This document shows, piece by piece, positions 12,839 to 25,692 of a stretch of 64,000 nt of DNA. The notes under the pieces were generated by a model, which saw nothing but the letters and a program-made list of their open reading frames with translations, had not been told where the DNA came from and did no database searches. Every line of letters begins with the position of its first letter. Within the stretch, counting starts at the first letter, position 1. The stretch lies in assembly GCA_043228905.1 (NCBI GenBank), contig JBHGNT010000002.1:20522001-20586000 (forward strand), read 5' to 3'. The DNA comes from Azolla caroliniana. Taxonomy: Eukaryota > Plantae > Polypodiophyta. A program made the translations under genes and the position numbers.

Positions 12839-14361
12839 ACCTCGGGTAGAAATAAACATCTTCATATCCGTGGAACTGAGGCTAGGGAAACTTAGTGTCA
12901 CAATCTGTTTTTGTTCTTGACTATCATTCATCATCTATAACCATTTGATGTGTTTCCATGCTCGAGGCCACCCTTCTTGTCAGATATATGAGTGAAATGA
13001 GTGAACAAAGTTTCATCTTGTCTATGAACATTTGTCCGATTTTGTCTTGAAAAATTTGATAGACTGTCTCAGAATATGTGATTGAGTTTGTCGTAAAGGA
13101 GGGATGATAAGATGAGTGAAAACTTCCCTGTATCTTTGCATGTTCCATAGCTCTTTTTATAGAGATGAAAGAGTGCATGCACAAACTATAGTTCTAATGT
13201 TCAAAACATCATTTATTGCAAAGAGAATTGTTTGAAGAGACATCATAAGCTTTTGGCAAAGGGCAATGGTCTTTTGATCGGTCTATTTGGGTATGTGTTT
13301 GAGAGAAAGAAAGGGTTCGCTGTACTTATCAACTCCGCAATGACTATATCTTAGAATGAGCATAGTATTACGAATCTTAAGAGGCAATTTAAGGTAAATG
13401 TATAGGTGCGTACCTATTATGAAAGAAAGAATTTACAATAAATACATAGAGAAAATTGTTTACATTGGTAACAGGGAGAAAATACATAGAGGTGGTGCTA
13501 ATTTGTTATCCTCAACCATTAGACTTCCGATATCAGTCTATGTTGTTATTCTTATGACTAACTACAGGTATTGATTGCTTATTTTATTACTCCCTTTCTG
13601 TAGCTTATAACGCATTAGTCACAAGTTGTAGTTGGTCTCCTCCTTTATTGATAGTTTTCACGGAAGATGTGAGGTCTACTGTGTGGTGTAAATGACATAC
13701 TTGGTTTCCATTGCATGAATTGTTTCCGTTGGATACAGACCTGTATCAGAGAGTTGATGGGATACCACTCCACCTCTTGTGATTCTTTTTTATGGATCAC
13801 TTTTGCTCATAAAGAGAAGCAAAACTAGGGAGTATGGAGTATCATGTAAATTTAATTCCCATTCACATTTTCTACTGTCACGATGTGAAACTGTAGCAAA
13901 TCAGAATTACAACAGCATTTGATATTTGTGGAAAGGTTCTGAATTTGATATTGCTCTAAATATGGGTCTTACAAATTGTCCAAGTCATAGTGAAAAAATT
14001 AGCTGCTTCCGAAACATTTTTCCAGAGTTTTCAGAACGCTTCTCTTTTTCTTTGCTACCTATTAAGCACATGAAAAATATTGACAACTATTGAGTTATTT
14101 GTTGTAAGCAATATTACTGACATTTGGATGTGGGCCAACAGAAAACAAATAATGAGTGTATTCCATGAAACCATTTCTAGACCATTGTGTCCCTCAATGG
14201 AGAATGCTATTAATATGACTATCGCATGAGAAATGTGTAATTTGGTGGGTTTAAGTTTAACTTAACATATCTAAGCTAGATCATACAATTTTCCATTTCT
14301 TTTAGCAATCATGTATCTAACACAATCTAAAAAATTTATGTTGAATTTTGAACACATAACT

Positions 14362-14994
14362 TATTAGAAATATTGAGAATCGAGTAGATAGGTATATAGA
14401 GTTACAACTGCAGAGATGGATATATGAAAACAGAATTTCTATTACATATGAGAGTAGTTCAAAATGGTAGTTTTCCCATGCGCTCACACCTTAGAGCTTA
14501 GATAGGATATGGACCGGCTCACTACAAAATTAGTGGGGACTGATGATCAATCTGACCACTGTGTGAAAAAAGTGACTTATAAACTATGTTTAGTCTTAGT
14601 ATAAATGTGCAAGTCAGTTGACAGTAGTGGAGATATTCCTTTTCTGTCAACTGACTTGTCATTTAATATGACCCAACTCCCTAGGTACATGCTAGTGCTA
14701 GATAATACTTATCTTGAAGTCAATGACGCATACTTCAAGACTAAGTACATCGTAACTTGCCCACAAAATATTCTAGCTGACTTGATTAGCCAATCCTTTT
14801 ATCTATTTCTCTCTTTCCTAAATATATTGTGTCCTACGCATCTACGGTTTCCTAGATTAACACCTTATCGACCCATATGGTCGAGTTGCACACTAGCCGC
14901 TCCTCATTTGGGGCGCTATCACAAAATGTGCACTCTAAGAGCACATATGGGGATAGATTTACAACTTGGGGCTGATCATTGATTATATCTAACA
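14362..14994 (-). repeat. 3' LTR of the copia element
   Basis: Direct repeat of 19187-19819; on the element strand it reads TGTTAG...CTAATA. Confidence 0.97.
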
Positions 14995-17900
14995 CGCCCC
15001 CTCAATGATCAACCCATTGAGTTCACTTGGAATTGGGCCAACACCTAGTCGTCGAAGGTGTTGTTGCAACTGTTCTGCTCCAAGCGCCTTTGTGAAGATA
15101 TCTGCAGCATTTTCTGATGTTGGACAGTACTCAAGCTCCACAATCTCATCATTTATTAGCTCCCGCACATAGTGATACTGAATCTCTATGTGTTTAGTAC
15201 GTGCATGAAATACGGGGTTCTTGGCAATGGCCATGCAACTCTGATTGTCACACCTCAATACCGTTGCCGTCCTTATTGGGACTGCCACATCCATAAGGAT
15301 TCTTCTTAGCCAAACTACCTCGCATGCCGCTATGCATGCTGCTTTGTATTCTGCCTCCGTTGAAGATAGTGCCACTGTTGGTTGTTTTTTACTACTCCAT
15401 GAAACAGCTCCAGATCCTATTGAAAAACAATATCCAGAAACTGATTTTCTGGAATCACTATCTCCAGCCCAATCGGAGTCGCAATATCCACTAAGTTGGT
15501 CAATTGTTGGCTTGTAGAAGATTCCATAATTTAAAGTACCCACAATGTACTTTAATACACGTAGAGCAGCTTTCCAATGAGTCTCCTTCGGCTTGTTGCT
15601 GAATCGACTCACCACATTGACTGCAAAACAAATATCCGGCCTAGTGTTGCATAGGAAAATTAGACTTCCTACTAGTTGTCTATACTTCCTTATGTCAACC
15701 ATTGGTGATGAGTCTTCTTGGGATAGCTTGCAGTTTGACTCCATTGGAGTCGACTTCGACTTGCTGTCCATCATCCCGAAGGTCTTCAAGATCTCTGTTG
15801 CATACTTTCTTTGTGACATGAAGATGCCGACCGAGGTTTGCCAAACCTCAATTCCAAGGAAGTAGTGTAGAATCCCCAAGTCTGTCATTTCAAACTCAGT
15901 TTTCAAACACTCTTGTGTTTGGCCAATGCACTCTTCATGGTCACCAGTAAGTACTAGATCATCCACGTAAATGATAATGATGACTTGTTTCCCGTCCTTC
16001 ATTTTGACATACATACTTGCATCCGAAGCACATTGCTTAAAGTCGATTGATCGTAAGAAGCTGTCTATCCTCTTGTTCCAAGCTCTTGGTGCTTGCTTTA
16101 GACCATATAGTGCCTTCTTCAGCTTGCAAACTTTGTTTTCTGAATTCGGTATCTCAAACCCCGGTGGTTGTGTCACATATACCTCCTCCTTGAGATGCCC
16201 ATTCAGAAATGCTGATTTGACATCCATTTGATAAATCGGCCATCCTCTTGAAGCAGCCAACGCTATGACCATTCGAATTGTTGTCATGCGAGCTGTCGGG
16301 GCAAATGTTTCTTGTACATCGAACCCTTCAATTTGGGAGTATCCTTGCGCTACTAGCCTGGCCTTGAATTTCTCCAAAGAGCCATCAGCTTTATACTTTA
16401 CTTTCCATACCCACTTCGTGCCTATCACCTTCTTCTTTGTTGGCCTCTCTACCAACTCCCATGTGTCATTTTTCATGATGCTATCATATTCTGATATCAT
16501 CGCCTCTTTCCACTTCGGGTCGGCCATAGCTTCCTCCACCGAGGTCGGCTCACTCACTGAGCCTATGATGTCCACCATCAGAGCCATGTTGACAATGTGG
16601 TCAGAGGTTCTTCCTTGCTCTTGTATTCTTCTTGATCTTCGTAATCCATCAGTTGAAGTTTCAGGAAACTCAACTTTAGGAGTATGATCATTGAAGAGTT
16701 GTTGAGCCCACTTAGGTATTTTCTTTACATGTGGGACTGGCATAGGCTGAACTAGTGAACCATTACCATCAGATGGTTCAGCTTCCTTTTTTGGATAATG
16801 GGTCGGGATTGGGTAAAATACTTCTTCAGTTGATGAGATAACTTGAGAATCGTTGTTCTCAGCTAGCTGTGGTTGTTCCTCATCGAACACCACATCGTGG
16901 CTTGTCAATATCTTTCTTGCCTCTGGATCGTAGAGTCGATAGGCCTTTGACTCTTCACTATATCCGAGAAAGATACACTTTTTGCTTTTAGCATCCAACT
17001 TCTTTCTGCTCACATCTGGAATATGTGCGTAGCACATACACCCAAAGGTTCTGAAGTGCAGCACTGAAGGTTTCTTGCCTGAATAAGCTTCTTGGGGTGT
17101 TTTCCCTTGAAGTGCCTTCGTGTAGCTCCGATTGAGGATGTAAACTGTTGTGTTCACTGCTTCAGCCCAGAATGGGTCGGGCAGCGCTTGTGCCTTCAAC
17201 ATACACCTAGCCATCTCGACAACTGTTCGATTTCGACGTTCGACAACGCCATTTTGTTGTGGGGTGTAGGCAGTTGTAAGTTGGCGCTTAATTCCATGCT
17301 CTTTGCAATACTCACAGAATTCTATTGATAAGAATTCTCCACCTCGATCAGAGCGTAGCTCCTTCACTAACTTTCCAGACTCTCGCTCGACAAACTTATG
17401 CCATCTTTTGAAGATTTTAAAAGCTTCAGCCTTCTCCCGAAGGAAGTAAACCCACATCTTTCTGCTGAAGTCGTCGACTATTAGCATATAGTAGAGAGAT
17501 CCACCCATTGCAGGAGTCACCATTTTTCCAGAGAGGTCAATGTGTATTAGCTGTAGAGGAGTCTTTGCCCGATTTTGACTCTCTTTTGGAATGGCTGATC
17601 TTTGATGCTTGCCCATCATACAAGCATCACAAACATGACTTAAGTCAGATAGGGTTGGCAACCCAACTACTATATTCGACTTCTTCATCTCCTTCAACAC
17701 AGCAACGTTGAGATGCCCAAATCTCTCATGCCATTGCTTTGTGTTGGTACTTGTGCTGTGGTCAGTAGAAATGGTAAACGCGCTCAGCTCATAGAGATTG
17801 TTGCGCCTCACCCCTATTCCTACAACCTTGCCAGCAGAATCTGTTATTTCTGCACCCGACTTCTTGAATCGAACATCAAGACCCTTGTCAGTCAGTGCAG

Positions 17901-19083
17901 AAATGGACAGTAGATTCTTCTTCAGATCTGGCACGTACAACACTTGAGAGAGATGCTTTGTCCCACCGGTCGTTGCTTTGAGGGAGACGGTTCCGGTTCC
18001 TTTGGCCGGACATCGAGCATTGTTTCCGACCACAACATTGATGGGCTCTTGTAGAGGTGTCCAAGAACTGTACCAGTCACGATTACTGGTCATATGTCGG
18101 GATGCTCCACTATCGAGAATCCAAGACTCATCAACAACTTGAGTGTCAACTAAAGAACACACTTCTTCAGTTGCGACCCATAACTCTAGTTCATCTACGA
18201 CATTGTTAGCGGACTCGGGCTCTCTCCAAGAAGTCTTATTAGAACCATTCTTCTCATCCGCCATCTTCTTTCGACAATCCTTGATTGTGTGACCCTTCTT
18301 GTCACAGTAGAAACACGATCCATTGAACTTCTTCTTCTTCGATATCCTATTCGCATTGTTTGAATTGGATGCCCCTTCACCCTTAGTCCTAGAGACAAAT
18401 GCTGAATCTTCCCTTTCTTCTCTTGTCTTCAGCCGAAGCTCCTCTTCAAGCAGCATTGCACTTAGTTCATCAAATTTTAAAGGAGTGGGTCGAACCTGAG
18501 TGTTCAATGCTGTCACAATGGCATCATACTTGAAAGGAAGTACTCGAATGCACCGACGAGCCATATCCTCTTGAGAGACGACTACTCCAACAGCCGCCAG
18601 CTGATCTTGAAGATCCTTAATCCTTTTTACAAAGGATTCTACTTTCTCTCCATCAGCGAGTTTCTCTGCAGCAAGCTGATTTTCGAGGTTTTGTATCCTT
18701 GTATAGTTTCTGGTCTCATACTGGCTGGCCAATATGCTCCAAGCTTCATGTGCCCTAGTTGTATGTTGCACTAGTGTTAGTATAGAGTCACATACACCAG
18801 TGACTATGGTACATAGCGCATCAGCATTCCTTCTCTTCCAGGCTCGAAGTAGATCAGCATTTGGAGGAATTGATGTGGTAGGGTGTGCAGGGTCAAAGGT
18901 TGCCATGGGCTCAGGGTCTCCCCCTGTGGGTCCCATGATTGTTTCCAACAACTCGTAGGAATCCAAAATGGCAGACATTTTGAACTTCCATAGAGTGTAG
19001 TTGGTTCCATCTAGCTTTCCATCAGACAATGGAGGTGGGCGAATGCGCAATGGAGCAGCTGCAACATTCGTGGACAAGGCCAT
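14989..19083 (-). CDS. Copia Gag-Pol polyprotein (Gag-CCHC, protease, integrase, RT, RNase H), 1364 aa
   Basis: [88 protein letters not shown]; domain order PR-IN-RT-RH. The stop codon lies inside the 3' LTR. Confidence 0.98.
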   Translation of the reverse strand: MALSTNVAAAPLRIRPPPLSDGKLDGTNYTLWKFKMSAILDSYELLETIMGPTGGDPEPMATFDPAHPTTSIPPNADLLRAWKRRNADALCTIVTGVCDSILTLVQHTTRAHEAWSILASQYETRNYTRIQNLENQLAAEKLADGEKVESFVKRIKDLQDQLAAVGVVVSQEDMARRCIRVLPFKYDAIVTALNTQVRPTPLKFDELSAMLLEEELRLKTREEREDSAFVSRTKGEGASNSNNANRISKKKKFNGSCFYCDKKGHTIKDCRKKMADEKNGSNKTSWREPESANNVVDELELWVATEEVCSLVDTQVVDESWILDSGASRHMTSNRDWYSSWTPLQEPINVVVGNNARCPAKGTGTVSLKATTGGTKHLSQVLYVPDLKKNLLSISALTDKGLDVRFKKSGAEITDSAGKVVGIGVRRNNLYELSAFTISTDHSTSTNTKQWHERFGHLNVAVLKEMKKSNIVVGLPTLSDLSHVCDACMMGKHQRSAIPKESQNRAKTPLQLIHIDLSGKMVTPAMGGSLYYMLIVDDFSRKMWVYFLREKAEAFKIFKRWHKFVERESGKLVKELRSDRGGEFLSIEFCEYCKEHGIKRQLTTAYTPQQNGVVERRNRTVVEMARCMLKAQALPDPFWAEAVNTTVYILNRSYTKALQGKTPQEAYSGKKPSVLHFRTFGCMCYAHIPDVSRKKLDAKSKKCIFLGYSEESKAYRLYDPEARKILTSHDVVFDEEQPQLAENNDSQVISSTEEVFYPIPTHYPKKEAEPSDGNGSLVQPMPVPHVKKIPKWAQQLFNDHTPKVEFPETSTDGLRRSRRIQEQGRTSDHIVNMALMVDIIGSVSEPTSVEEAMADPKWKEAMISEYDSIMKNDTWELVERPTKKKVIGTKWVWKVKYKADGSLEKFKARLVAQGYSQIEGFDVQETFAPTARMTTIRMVIALAASRGWPIYQMDVKSAFLNGHLKEEVYVTQPPGFEIPNSENKVCKLKKALYGLKQAPRAWNKRIDSFLRSIDFKQCASDASMYVKMKDGKQVIIIIYVDDLVLTGDHEECIGQTQECLKTEFEMTDLGILHYFLGIEVWQTSVGIFMSQRKYATEILKTFGMMDSKSKSTPMESNCKLSQEDSSPMVDIRKYRQLVGSLIFLCNTRPDICFAVNVVSRFSNKPKETHWKAALRVLKYIVGTLNYGIFYKPTIDQLSGYCDSDWAGDSDSRKSVSGYCFSIGSGAVSWSSKKQPTVALSSTEAEYKAACIAACEVVWLRRILMDVAVPIRTATVLRCDNQSCMAIAKNPVFHARTKHIEIQYHYVRELINDEIVELEYCPTSENAADIFTKALGAEQLQQHLRRLGVGPIPSELNGLIIEGAC

Positions 19084-19186
19084 TGATACTCTGTCTGTCT
19101 CTCTCTCTCTCTCTATTTCTCTCTGTTGCTAGACAGCAACTACCCGTATATACCTAATCTAGATCAACCTCTTCGCTCTGATACCA

Positions 19187-19819
19187 TATTAGAAATATTG
19201 AGAATCGAGTAGATAGGTATATAGAGTTACAACTGCAGAGATGGATATATGAAAACAGAATTTCTATTACATATGAGAGTAGTTCAAAATGGTAGTTTTC
19301 CCATGCGCTCACACCTTAGAGCTTAGATAGGATATGGACCGGCTCACTACAAAATTAGTGGGGACTGATGATCAATCTGACCACTGTGTGAAAAAAGTGA
19401 CTTATAAACTATGTTTAGTCTTAGTATAAATGTGCAAGTCAGTTGACAGTAGTGGAGATATTCCTTTTCTGTCAACTGACTTGTCATTTAATATGACCCA
19501 ACTCCCTAGGTACATGCTAGTGCTAGATAATACTTATCTTGAAGTCAATGACGCATACTTCAAGACTAAGTACATCGTAACTTGCCCACAAAATATTCTA
19601 GCTGACTTGATTAGCCAATCCTTTTATCTATTTCTCTCTTTCCTAAATATATTGTGTCCTACGCATCTACGGTTTCCTAGATTAACACCTTATCGACCCA
19701 TATGGTCGAGTTGCACACTAGTCGCTCCTCATTTGGGGCGCTATCACAAAATGTGCACTCTAAGAGCACATATGGGGATAGATTTACAACTTGGGGCTGA
19801 TCAGTGATTATATCTAACA
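19187..19819 (-). repeat. 5' LTR of the copia element
   Basis: Direct repeat of 14362-14994, immediately followed by the PBS on the element strand. Confidence 0.97.
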
Positions 19820-20243
19820 TAACTTGACCTATGTATGGTGTCATAAATCAAAGCTAATGGAAATTATTTGTATTTGTAGAGAGTGTCAACTAACATGAAA
19901 GGACATTGTTATGTTATTTATAATGCGAGAAATTCTAGTGATTAACTATCTTATCATGAGAATATTGATCCGTGATCAAGTACACATGGTAGAAACTACA
20001 AATGGCCTTATATATGGCGTAGATAATATGATATAATAGATCATAAAACAAGTTATGAAAAGGATATTTATATTTAGAGGCTTAATTTGTTCAATTGTCA
20101 CTAAATATACAATATAAATGAGGTTGAATGATCATGTTTATCGAATTGCAGAACATGTAGTATAGTTTTGGAAAAGCGATGGAGTTACTTGCCTGATCGG
20201 ATGGTTATGCCTTAGGTTGATGCACTTTATGGAATATCTTAAG

Positions 20244-20550
20244 ATGAAAACATGTGTCTCACTATATTTGTTTTTCAAACGAGAACAAGTTAGGAAAGAA
20301 AATGCAATATTCTATATAAAAACAAATCTAATGGAATGAAGGAATTTTTGAAGTTGAATTATCCCTAAGACAATATGAATTGACACCAATGTGGAGATGA
20401 ACATGTGTCTCACTATATTTGTTTTTCAAATGAGAACTAGTTAGGAAAGAAAATGTTATATTCTATATAAAAACAAAATCTAATGGAATGAATAAAATTT
20501 TGAAGTTGAATTATCCCTACAACACTATAAGTTGACACCAATGGTGGAGA
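20244..20550. repeat. Tandem duplication, ~152-bp unit x2
   Basis: GATGAA(A)ACATGTGTCTCACTATATTTG...GACACCAATG(G)TGGAGAT occurs twice, with scattered substitutions. Confidence 0.85.
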
Positions 20551-21530
20551 TATTCATTGGATGAATCAAACAATAGCATAGTGCTAGAAAAAGAGAGAAT
20601 ATGTAATATCATATATGTATTATCAAACCAAGGAGACCTTTACACTTCTTAGTAAATAAAGAGTGAATGCTCTCTTACTCTAGATTTTAAAAAAAGGTCC
20701 ATACCACCTATATATACTCATTGTATGCAAAAAACTTCTTCATTGCAGTCTTCTTGTGGTAATGTTTGATTGTTGTTAAACCTTACACATAACAATATAA
20801 AAATATGTAGCAATACAAGTTTTTGATGTTAGTTTTCACTCATCAAAATATATGTAGGTTTTCCAAGTGTTTACTTGAAGGAAAAATGAAAATTTGAGCT
20901 TCTTGTATCTTTACAAAGTTGTTAAAGAATGTGAGAAACTTGCACTATAGATGCATCAAATATATAGGTGGAATTGATGAGAAATGTTGGAAATTCCAAT
21001 ATGGAAAGATATATTTATTTTCTTTTGTCTCAAAGCATCTTGTCGTAGAAACTACATCCAATTACAGTATGTTTAGAGCCATTATAACTTATAAGTGGAC
21101 TCTAATAAGGAGGGATATTGTTATAATTTTGTAAACTTCGTTGCCACATAAGCTTGAAGCATATCTTCAATAACTTGATTGACTCATCTCGTTTGACCAT
21201 ACGATTGAGGATGATATGAAGAACGCATGCTTAAAGTAGTTTCTAACTTTTTAAAGACATGAATCTAAAAATTGACCATAAACTTTGAACATCTACCAAT
21301 GACTACATGCATAAGTGTAGTAACCCATAAAATCATAAAAACTCTTCAACGAATGAGTGAGCCAATTTAAAATTGTTATTATGGTTTTAGTTTTATATAA
21401 AATTGGCTATTTTTGTTTGTCTATTGAGAACCACCTATAAAGAGTCATGGCCTCTTTGTGTTCGAAATACGCTAACAGTAAAAATCTAGAGATATACTTT
21501 TCCATTTGTTACTAGGAATATTTTGTGGAA

Positions 21531-21948
21531 GCAAAAGACTCGCAACTTCAATCTTATTCAATGACAATGCAAATATTTGATTATATAACCTTGCACAATG
21601 TGGCATAATTTAGGCCAGAAAACATTTGTGGGGATTAGAATGAGTGTTCCATCTAATTGAGGGTGTATCATGACAATAAAAAAGAATTTGTTTTTTTACT
21701 CGAGAAAGAATTGGAACACGAACCTTCCCATTATGGTAGCAAAAAACTTGCAACTTCAATCTTATTCAATGACAATGCAAATATTTGATTATATAACCTT
21801 GCACAATGTGGCATAATTTAGGCCAGAAAACGTTTGTGGGGATTAGAATGAGTGTTCCATCTAATTGAGAGGTTGTATCATGACAATAAAAAAGAATTTG
21901 CTTTTTTACCCGATAAAGAACTGGAACACGAACCTTCCCATTATGGTA
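21531..21948. repeat. Tandem duplication, ~208-bp unit x2, inside the gypsy remnant
   Basis: GCAAAA..GCAACTTCAATCTTATTCAATGAC...AACCTTCCCATTATGGTA occurs twice. Confidence 0.9.
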
Positions 21949-22021
21949 GAGCAAACGTTTAGGCAAGTGATTTTAATGGTATCTTTACTAGACTCCACTC
22001 TCATCAAATAACTTTGAAAGA

Positions 22022-22433
22022 ATTTATTTATTTATTTATTTCCCAAAAACATTACTACTTCCAATAGTTAAGAAAAAGTACATAGAATAATATACAACTC
22101 ATATGTTACAAGCCAATTTGCATGGCTACAAGAAAACAACATGTATAAATGAAGCAACAAAGCCTCATCACAATATTACTTGACAGAATCCCCTCAACAT
22201 GAGCCTCACACAACCCACATTCAGCAAAGACATCCTCAAATATCTTCACAATTCAGCACCCACCTCTATGTTTGGTTACCCTTGGAGGAAACAACCATCG
22301 GGTGGCTGATAAATCCACTTTGCATTGCCATCCACCATTTGTAGCATCGGAGAACTTGTCTATTTTAGAAAGAAGCGGTATCCAGCTTCTTCACTCACGT
22401 TAGAGGGCCCTGAAGGCTGTCCAACTTTCCTTG
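22022..22433 (-). mobile_element. 3' fragment of an L1 LINE related to the full-length copy
   Basis: Minus strand reads SSPMLQMVDGNAKWIYQP..WLFPP (compare GRSPMMVNSASGPKWNYQAPRWLFPP). The 3' UTR ends GGAAGTAGT..TTTTTGG followed by an (AAAT)n tail. Confidence 0.8.
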
Positions 22434-22985
22434 TAGAGTGTAGAAATCAGATTAAACCAAATCATCATTAAACTCTCAACTAGCTTTGAAAGAAATTACC
22501 ATGAAGGTATTTCTCTTGAAGTTGATAAAAGAAAACTTAGATTTAAATTAAGTGATGCGAAGCATTTTTACCTCAACAATATTTGTGTTCATTGAACCAT
22601 TGTGATAATGAATGAAAATATCAAATTCTTGGATGAGCCCTATCTAGCTACCTTTCTAGATGAATAATTTCTCCAAGATTTAAGTGCATGAATGAAAACC
22701 GAAAGTTTAGTTTTCTTGAATTGAAAACAAACATGGTGTAGAATCAAGTTTCAAATTCTCAAAAGCAATAGGTTTTCCATCTTGGTAAATAACGTAGCAT
22801 TAGTGTTGGTTTCAAACTCAAATGGTTTTGAAGGGCCAAGTGACGTAAGCGTAGGAGCAACAACACATGTTACTTGAGAATGGTACAACATTAGTAGACT
22901 TACATTTTTTACCCCTTTAAGGAAAATAAGTGAATTAATTAGTTGCAAATATTAGAAAGTGGTTTCATTTGAAAACTAACAAAAC

Positions 22986-23410
22986 TAACAATCGGCAATG
23001 GTTCGGTTTGAACCTAATCGAACCGCGAAACCGCGGCTTAACGACTTAATTGTTTCAACGGTTCGGTTTTAACAGCCAAAAACCGCAGTTTAAACGATTT
23101 TAAGATTTTTTATTTTTTATTTTTTAAAAATTTAAAAATTGTTTTTAAACAATCTTTTCATTTTCAGACCTCATTCTCACATTTTAGGAACATCTTAAAA
23201 AATAAAAATAATGAAATATTATAAATTTTAAAAATAATAAAATAAAATAAAAATGTTGACCTATGTTGAAAACCGAAACCGAAACCGAACCACGGTTTTT
23301 ATTGTTTAATGGTTTAATGGTTTCGTGGTTCGGTTCGGTTGGGGTCAGGTTTCAAAAATTGTAAACGGTTTGGACCCTCTCAAACCGAACCAAATTGTTG
23401 CCGATTGTTA
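22986..23410. mobile_element. Non-autonomous hAT element / MITE (425 bp)
   Basis: 13-bp TIR TAACAATCGGCAA, 8-bp TSD AACAAAAC (22978-22985 and 23411-23418), subterminal AACCG/CGGTT repeats. Confidence 0.92.
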
Positions 23411-24860
23411 AACAAAACCAAGAAATGAACAAATTTCTTAGACATTATGGGGAATAGGCTAGAGTTTCACTAACTCTATTAAAGAAGGATCAATTTGAAC
23501 AAATTGGTCAGTACTTAAATGTCCCAAGTAAAAGCAATATTTCAACGTTTTTGCATAGAAACTTTTGTCTTGTAATGTCTTAATTTGGACAAAATGATAA
23601 TGAATATAATGGTCATCCAATTTACGATTATGAATGAGAATAAATTTCAAGAAAACAACGATAAAATGATTGATTTGATCTTGAAAAGTGACATTGATTT
23701 CTTGTTGAGATTTGTTGGAGGTTTAGTCAACCCATATAATATGAATAAAAATTCATAACGACCACAATGCATATGATTATTGGTTTTCATCAATATCTTC
23801 CTCAACAATTCTTATTTGATGGTAACAAGTTCGTAGTTCAATTTTGATATTTTATTGAGCATTATGCAAACAAACAACTAAATCGTCAACACTTGACAAT
23901 GAATATATTTTTTTGATAGCCACTTTATTTAGACAAAAACAATCAACATGCATTCACAGTGTTCTTGTTTCTTGACTAGTATAACTACCACAAACTAAGG
24001 AGATATACATTGATAAATGTGACCTATCCTTAAGTAATCCTTAGGTTATGTTGTGATCTCATCCTCTTTGAGTTTATTAAGTTGACAAGGAGGAATATTT
24101 ATAGGAACAACGATTGATTAGAGAACATCACTTATTTGGTAATTTTGGTAACAATTCCTCAAGAAAAACATCTTTAAAAATGATTGAATTGAGTCATTAT
24201 TGATCGTGAAACAAAATTGATTTACATCAACATTAAGATAATAATACTAAATTATTGGATCAATAACGTAATACTGAAGTAGAGGTCAATGGTGTGGTAA
24301 AGTCTCATAGGCCCTAAACTATCATGTCACTTCTCTTCTCTTCAATAATGACATTACCATCCCTATATGCACTAATTTTCCTTCCTTCCTTGAATTGCAC
24401 ACTCATGGCATGTTTTCTTTGTGATGTGCAACTTAGCTCAAGTGTGATAGTGATCTAAATATATTTTGCCACCCTTGCATGCCCTTCACTTGGATAGAAA
24501 AGCATTTTATTTTCAAATATCCATCAAGAAGATGATCAAGGCTTTAGCTCTAGATATCTCTTTTCACTCTCCATGTTGAAGCAAATGGAATATTTGATGC
24601 CTCGATCTTTGCTCTAAGATCCTTTTTCAACCCAAGCAACCATTGATACATATAATCTACAAGCTTTCGCTTTCGGTTCTTCTTCTTCTTCTTCTAATGT
24701 AGAGCTCATCATTTATATATAATTTACCCATCAATGTTCCTTTCTACTTTTTCACTACCTCTATCCAGGGAGCATTGTTGTGATGTAGTGTGTTCACAAG
24801 AGGAAATGTGTCGAACTTCAAGTTTATGGAAGGTTAAAGGTAATTGAAACTATTAAAAAT

Positions 24861-24920
24861 GTATAGCTCAATAGAGCCTTTTCTTTGAATGATAAGATCA
24901 AGGGTTCGAATCTTGTTTGA
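24861..24920 (+). pseudogene. Possible tRNA-derived remnant (A-box/B-box-like)
   Basis: TAGCTCA..TAGAGC followed by GGGTTCGAATC; no intact cloverleaf. Confidence 0.3.
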
Positions 24921-25692
24921 AGAGTGTTAGCGAGTTTAAATGCATAAGAAAAGGTAATGTGAATGGATGGACACGACGATCTAAATTTTGCTCACTCTGG
25001 ATCCTTGGAAGGTAAGGATAGGTGCACGAAAAAGAGGAGGTTACTATTTTCATTTACAAAGGAGTTGTTTTTGCACAAGGTGTTGTCAAAATTTTGTTTG
25101 AGCTTGGGACACAGAATTAAGAGAATGTGCAAAACCAATGATGACAAGAGGCGATGTGGTTGTCGTCTGTGAGGATGTTGCACCAAAACTCAAGGATATC
25201 CTCTTGAAACTTTCTTCTTTAATCTTATTGTACCTCTATCTTAACTATTGTCATTTTAGCACTCCATGCAATGAAGTTGACACTTCATCTTGTTTGCATT
25301 TGATTCTGTTTCTTGAAGTTTTGATGTGATAGGATAATATTTATTAAAATTAGGTAACTTTGAATCATCGTCGTATCATCATTAGTACACAAAAGAATTG
25401 TTTATCGCCCACTCGATGAATGTTATAACCTAAACATCTCCATCAGGAGGTTTAGGGTTGCAGAGAGTGCTCGACATGCAGCAAATCGTCGTCAAGTCTG
25501 TGTTGCCTAAGCCAACAGCGAATCGTTGAAGAATAGGTGTTTCTGTAACCAAGAGATGGCGGGGTTTCTGGTTGCAGAGTGTGCCCCGAACGCAGCCGAG
25601 CGGTATCGAGTTTCCCTACTCCTCATGAATCAGGTAAGTCTCTTCAACTAGGGTGTAAGGTTAGTAGTAGGACTACACAGGGGCAATGAAAC

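Larger units (their letters stand above)
14362..19819 (-). mobile_element. Intact young Ty1/copia LTR retrotransposon (5458 bp)
   Basis: Two 633-bp LTRs differing at 2 positions by eye; 5-bp TSD TAACT (14357-14361 and 19820-19824); PBS TGGTATCAGAGC (tRNA-iMet) at 19175-19186; PPT GAGGGGGCG next to the 3' LTR; uninterrupted gag-pol ORF. Confidence 0.98.
21200..24700 (-). mobile_element. Heavily decayed Ty3/gypsy internal-region remnant, interrupted by younger insertions
   Basis: Integrase H2C2-like LLYHNGKVRVP..CHD..FWPKL (21766-21966), RNase H-like APTL..SKPFEFET (~22800-22870), RT end KSFYAK..C (~23530), gag-like LLGLKKDLRAKIE (~24600-24650). Order RT-RH-IN; boundaries are approximate. Confidence 0.55.

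Noticed and set aside
14605-14982. 125-aa antisense ORF present in both LTRs (also 19430-19807)
   Set aside because: Its duplication simply reflects LTR identity and it has no recognisable domain. It would need conservation in diverged family members to be credible.
15245-18958. Many + strand ORFs over the copia element, and - strand ORFs over the L1
   Set aside because: They are antisense shadows of long coding frames.
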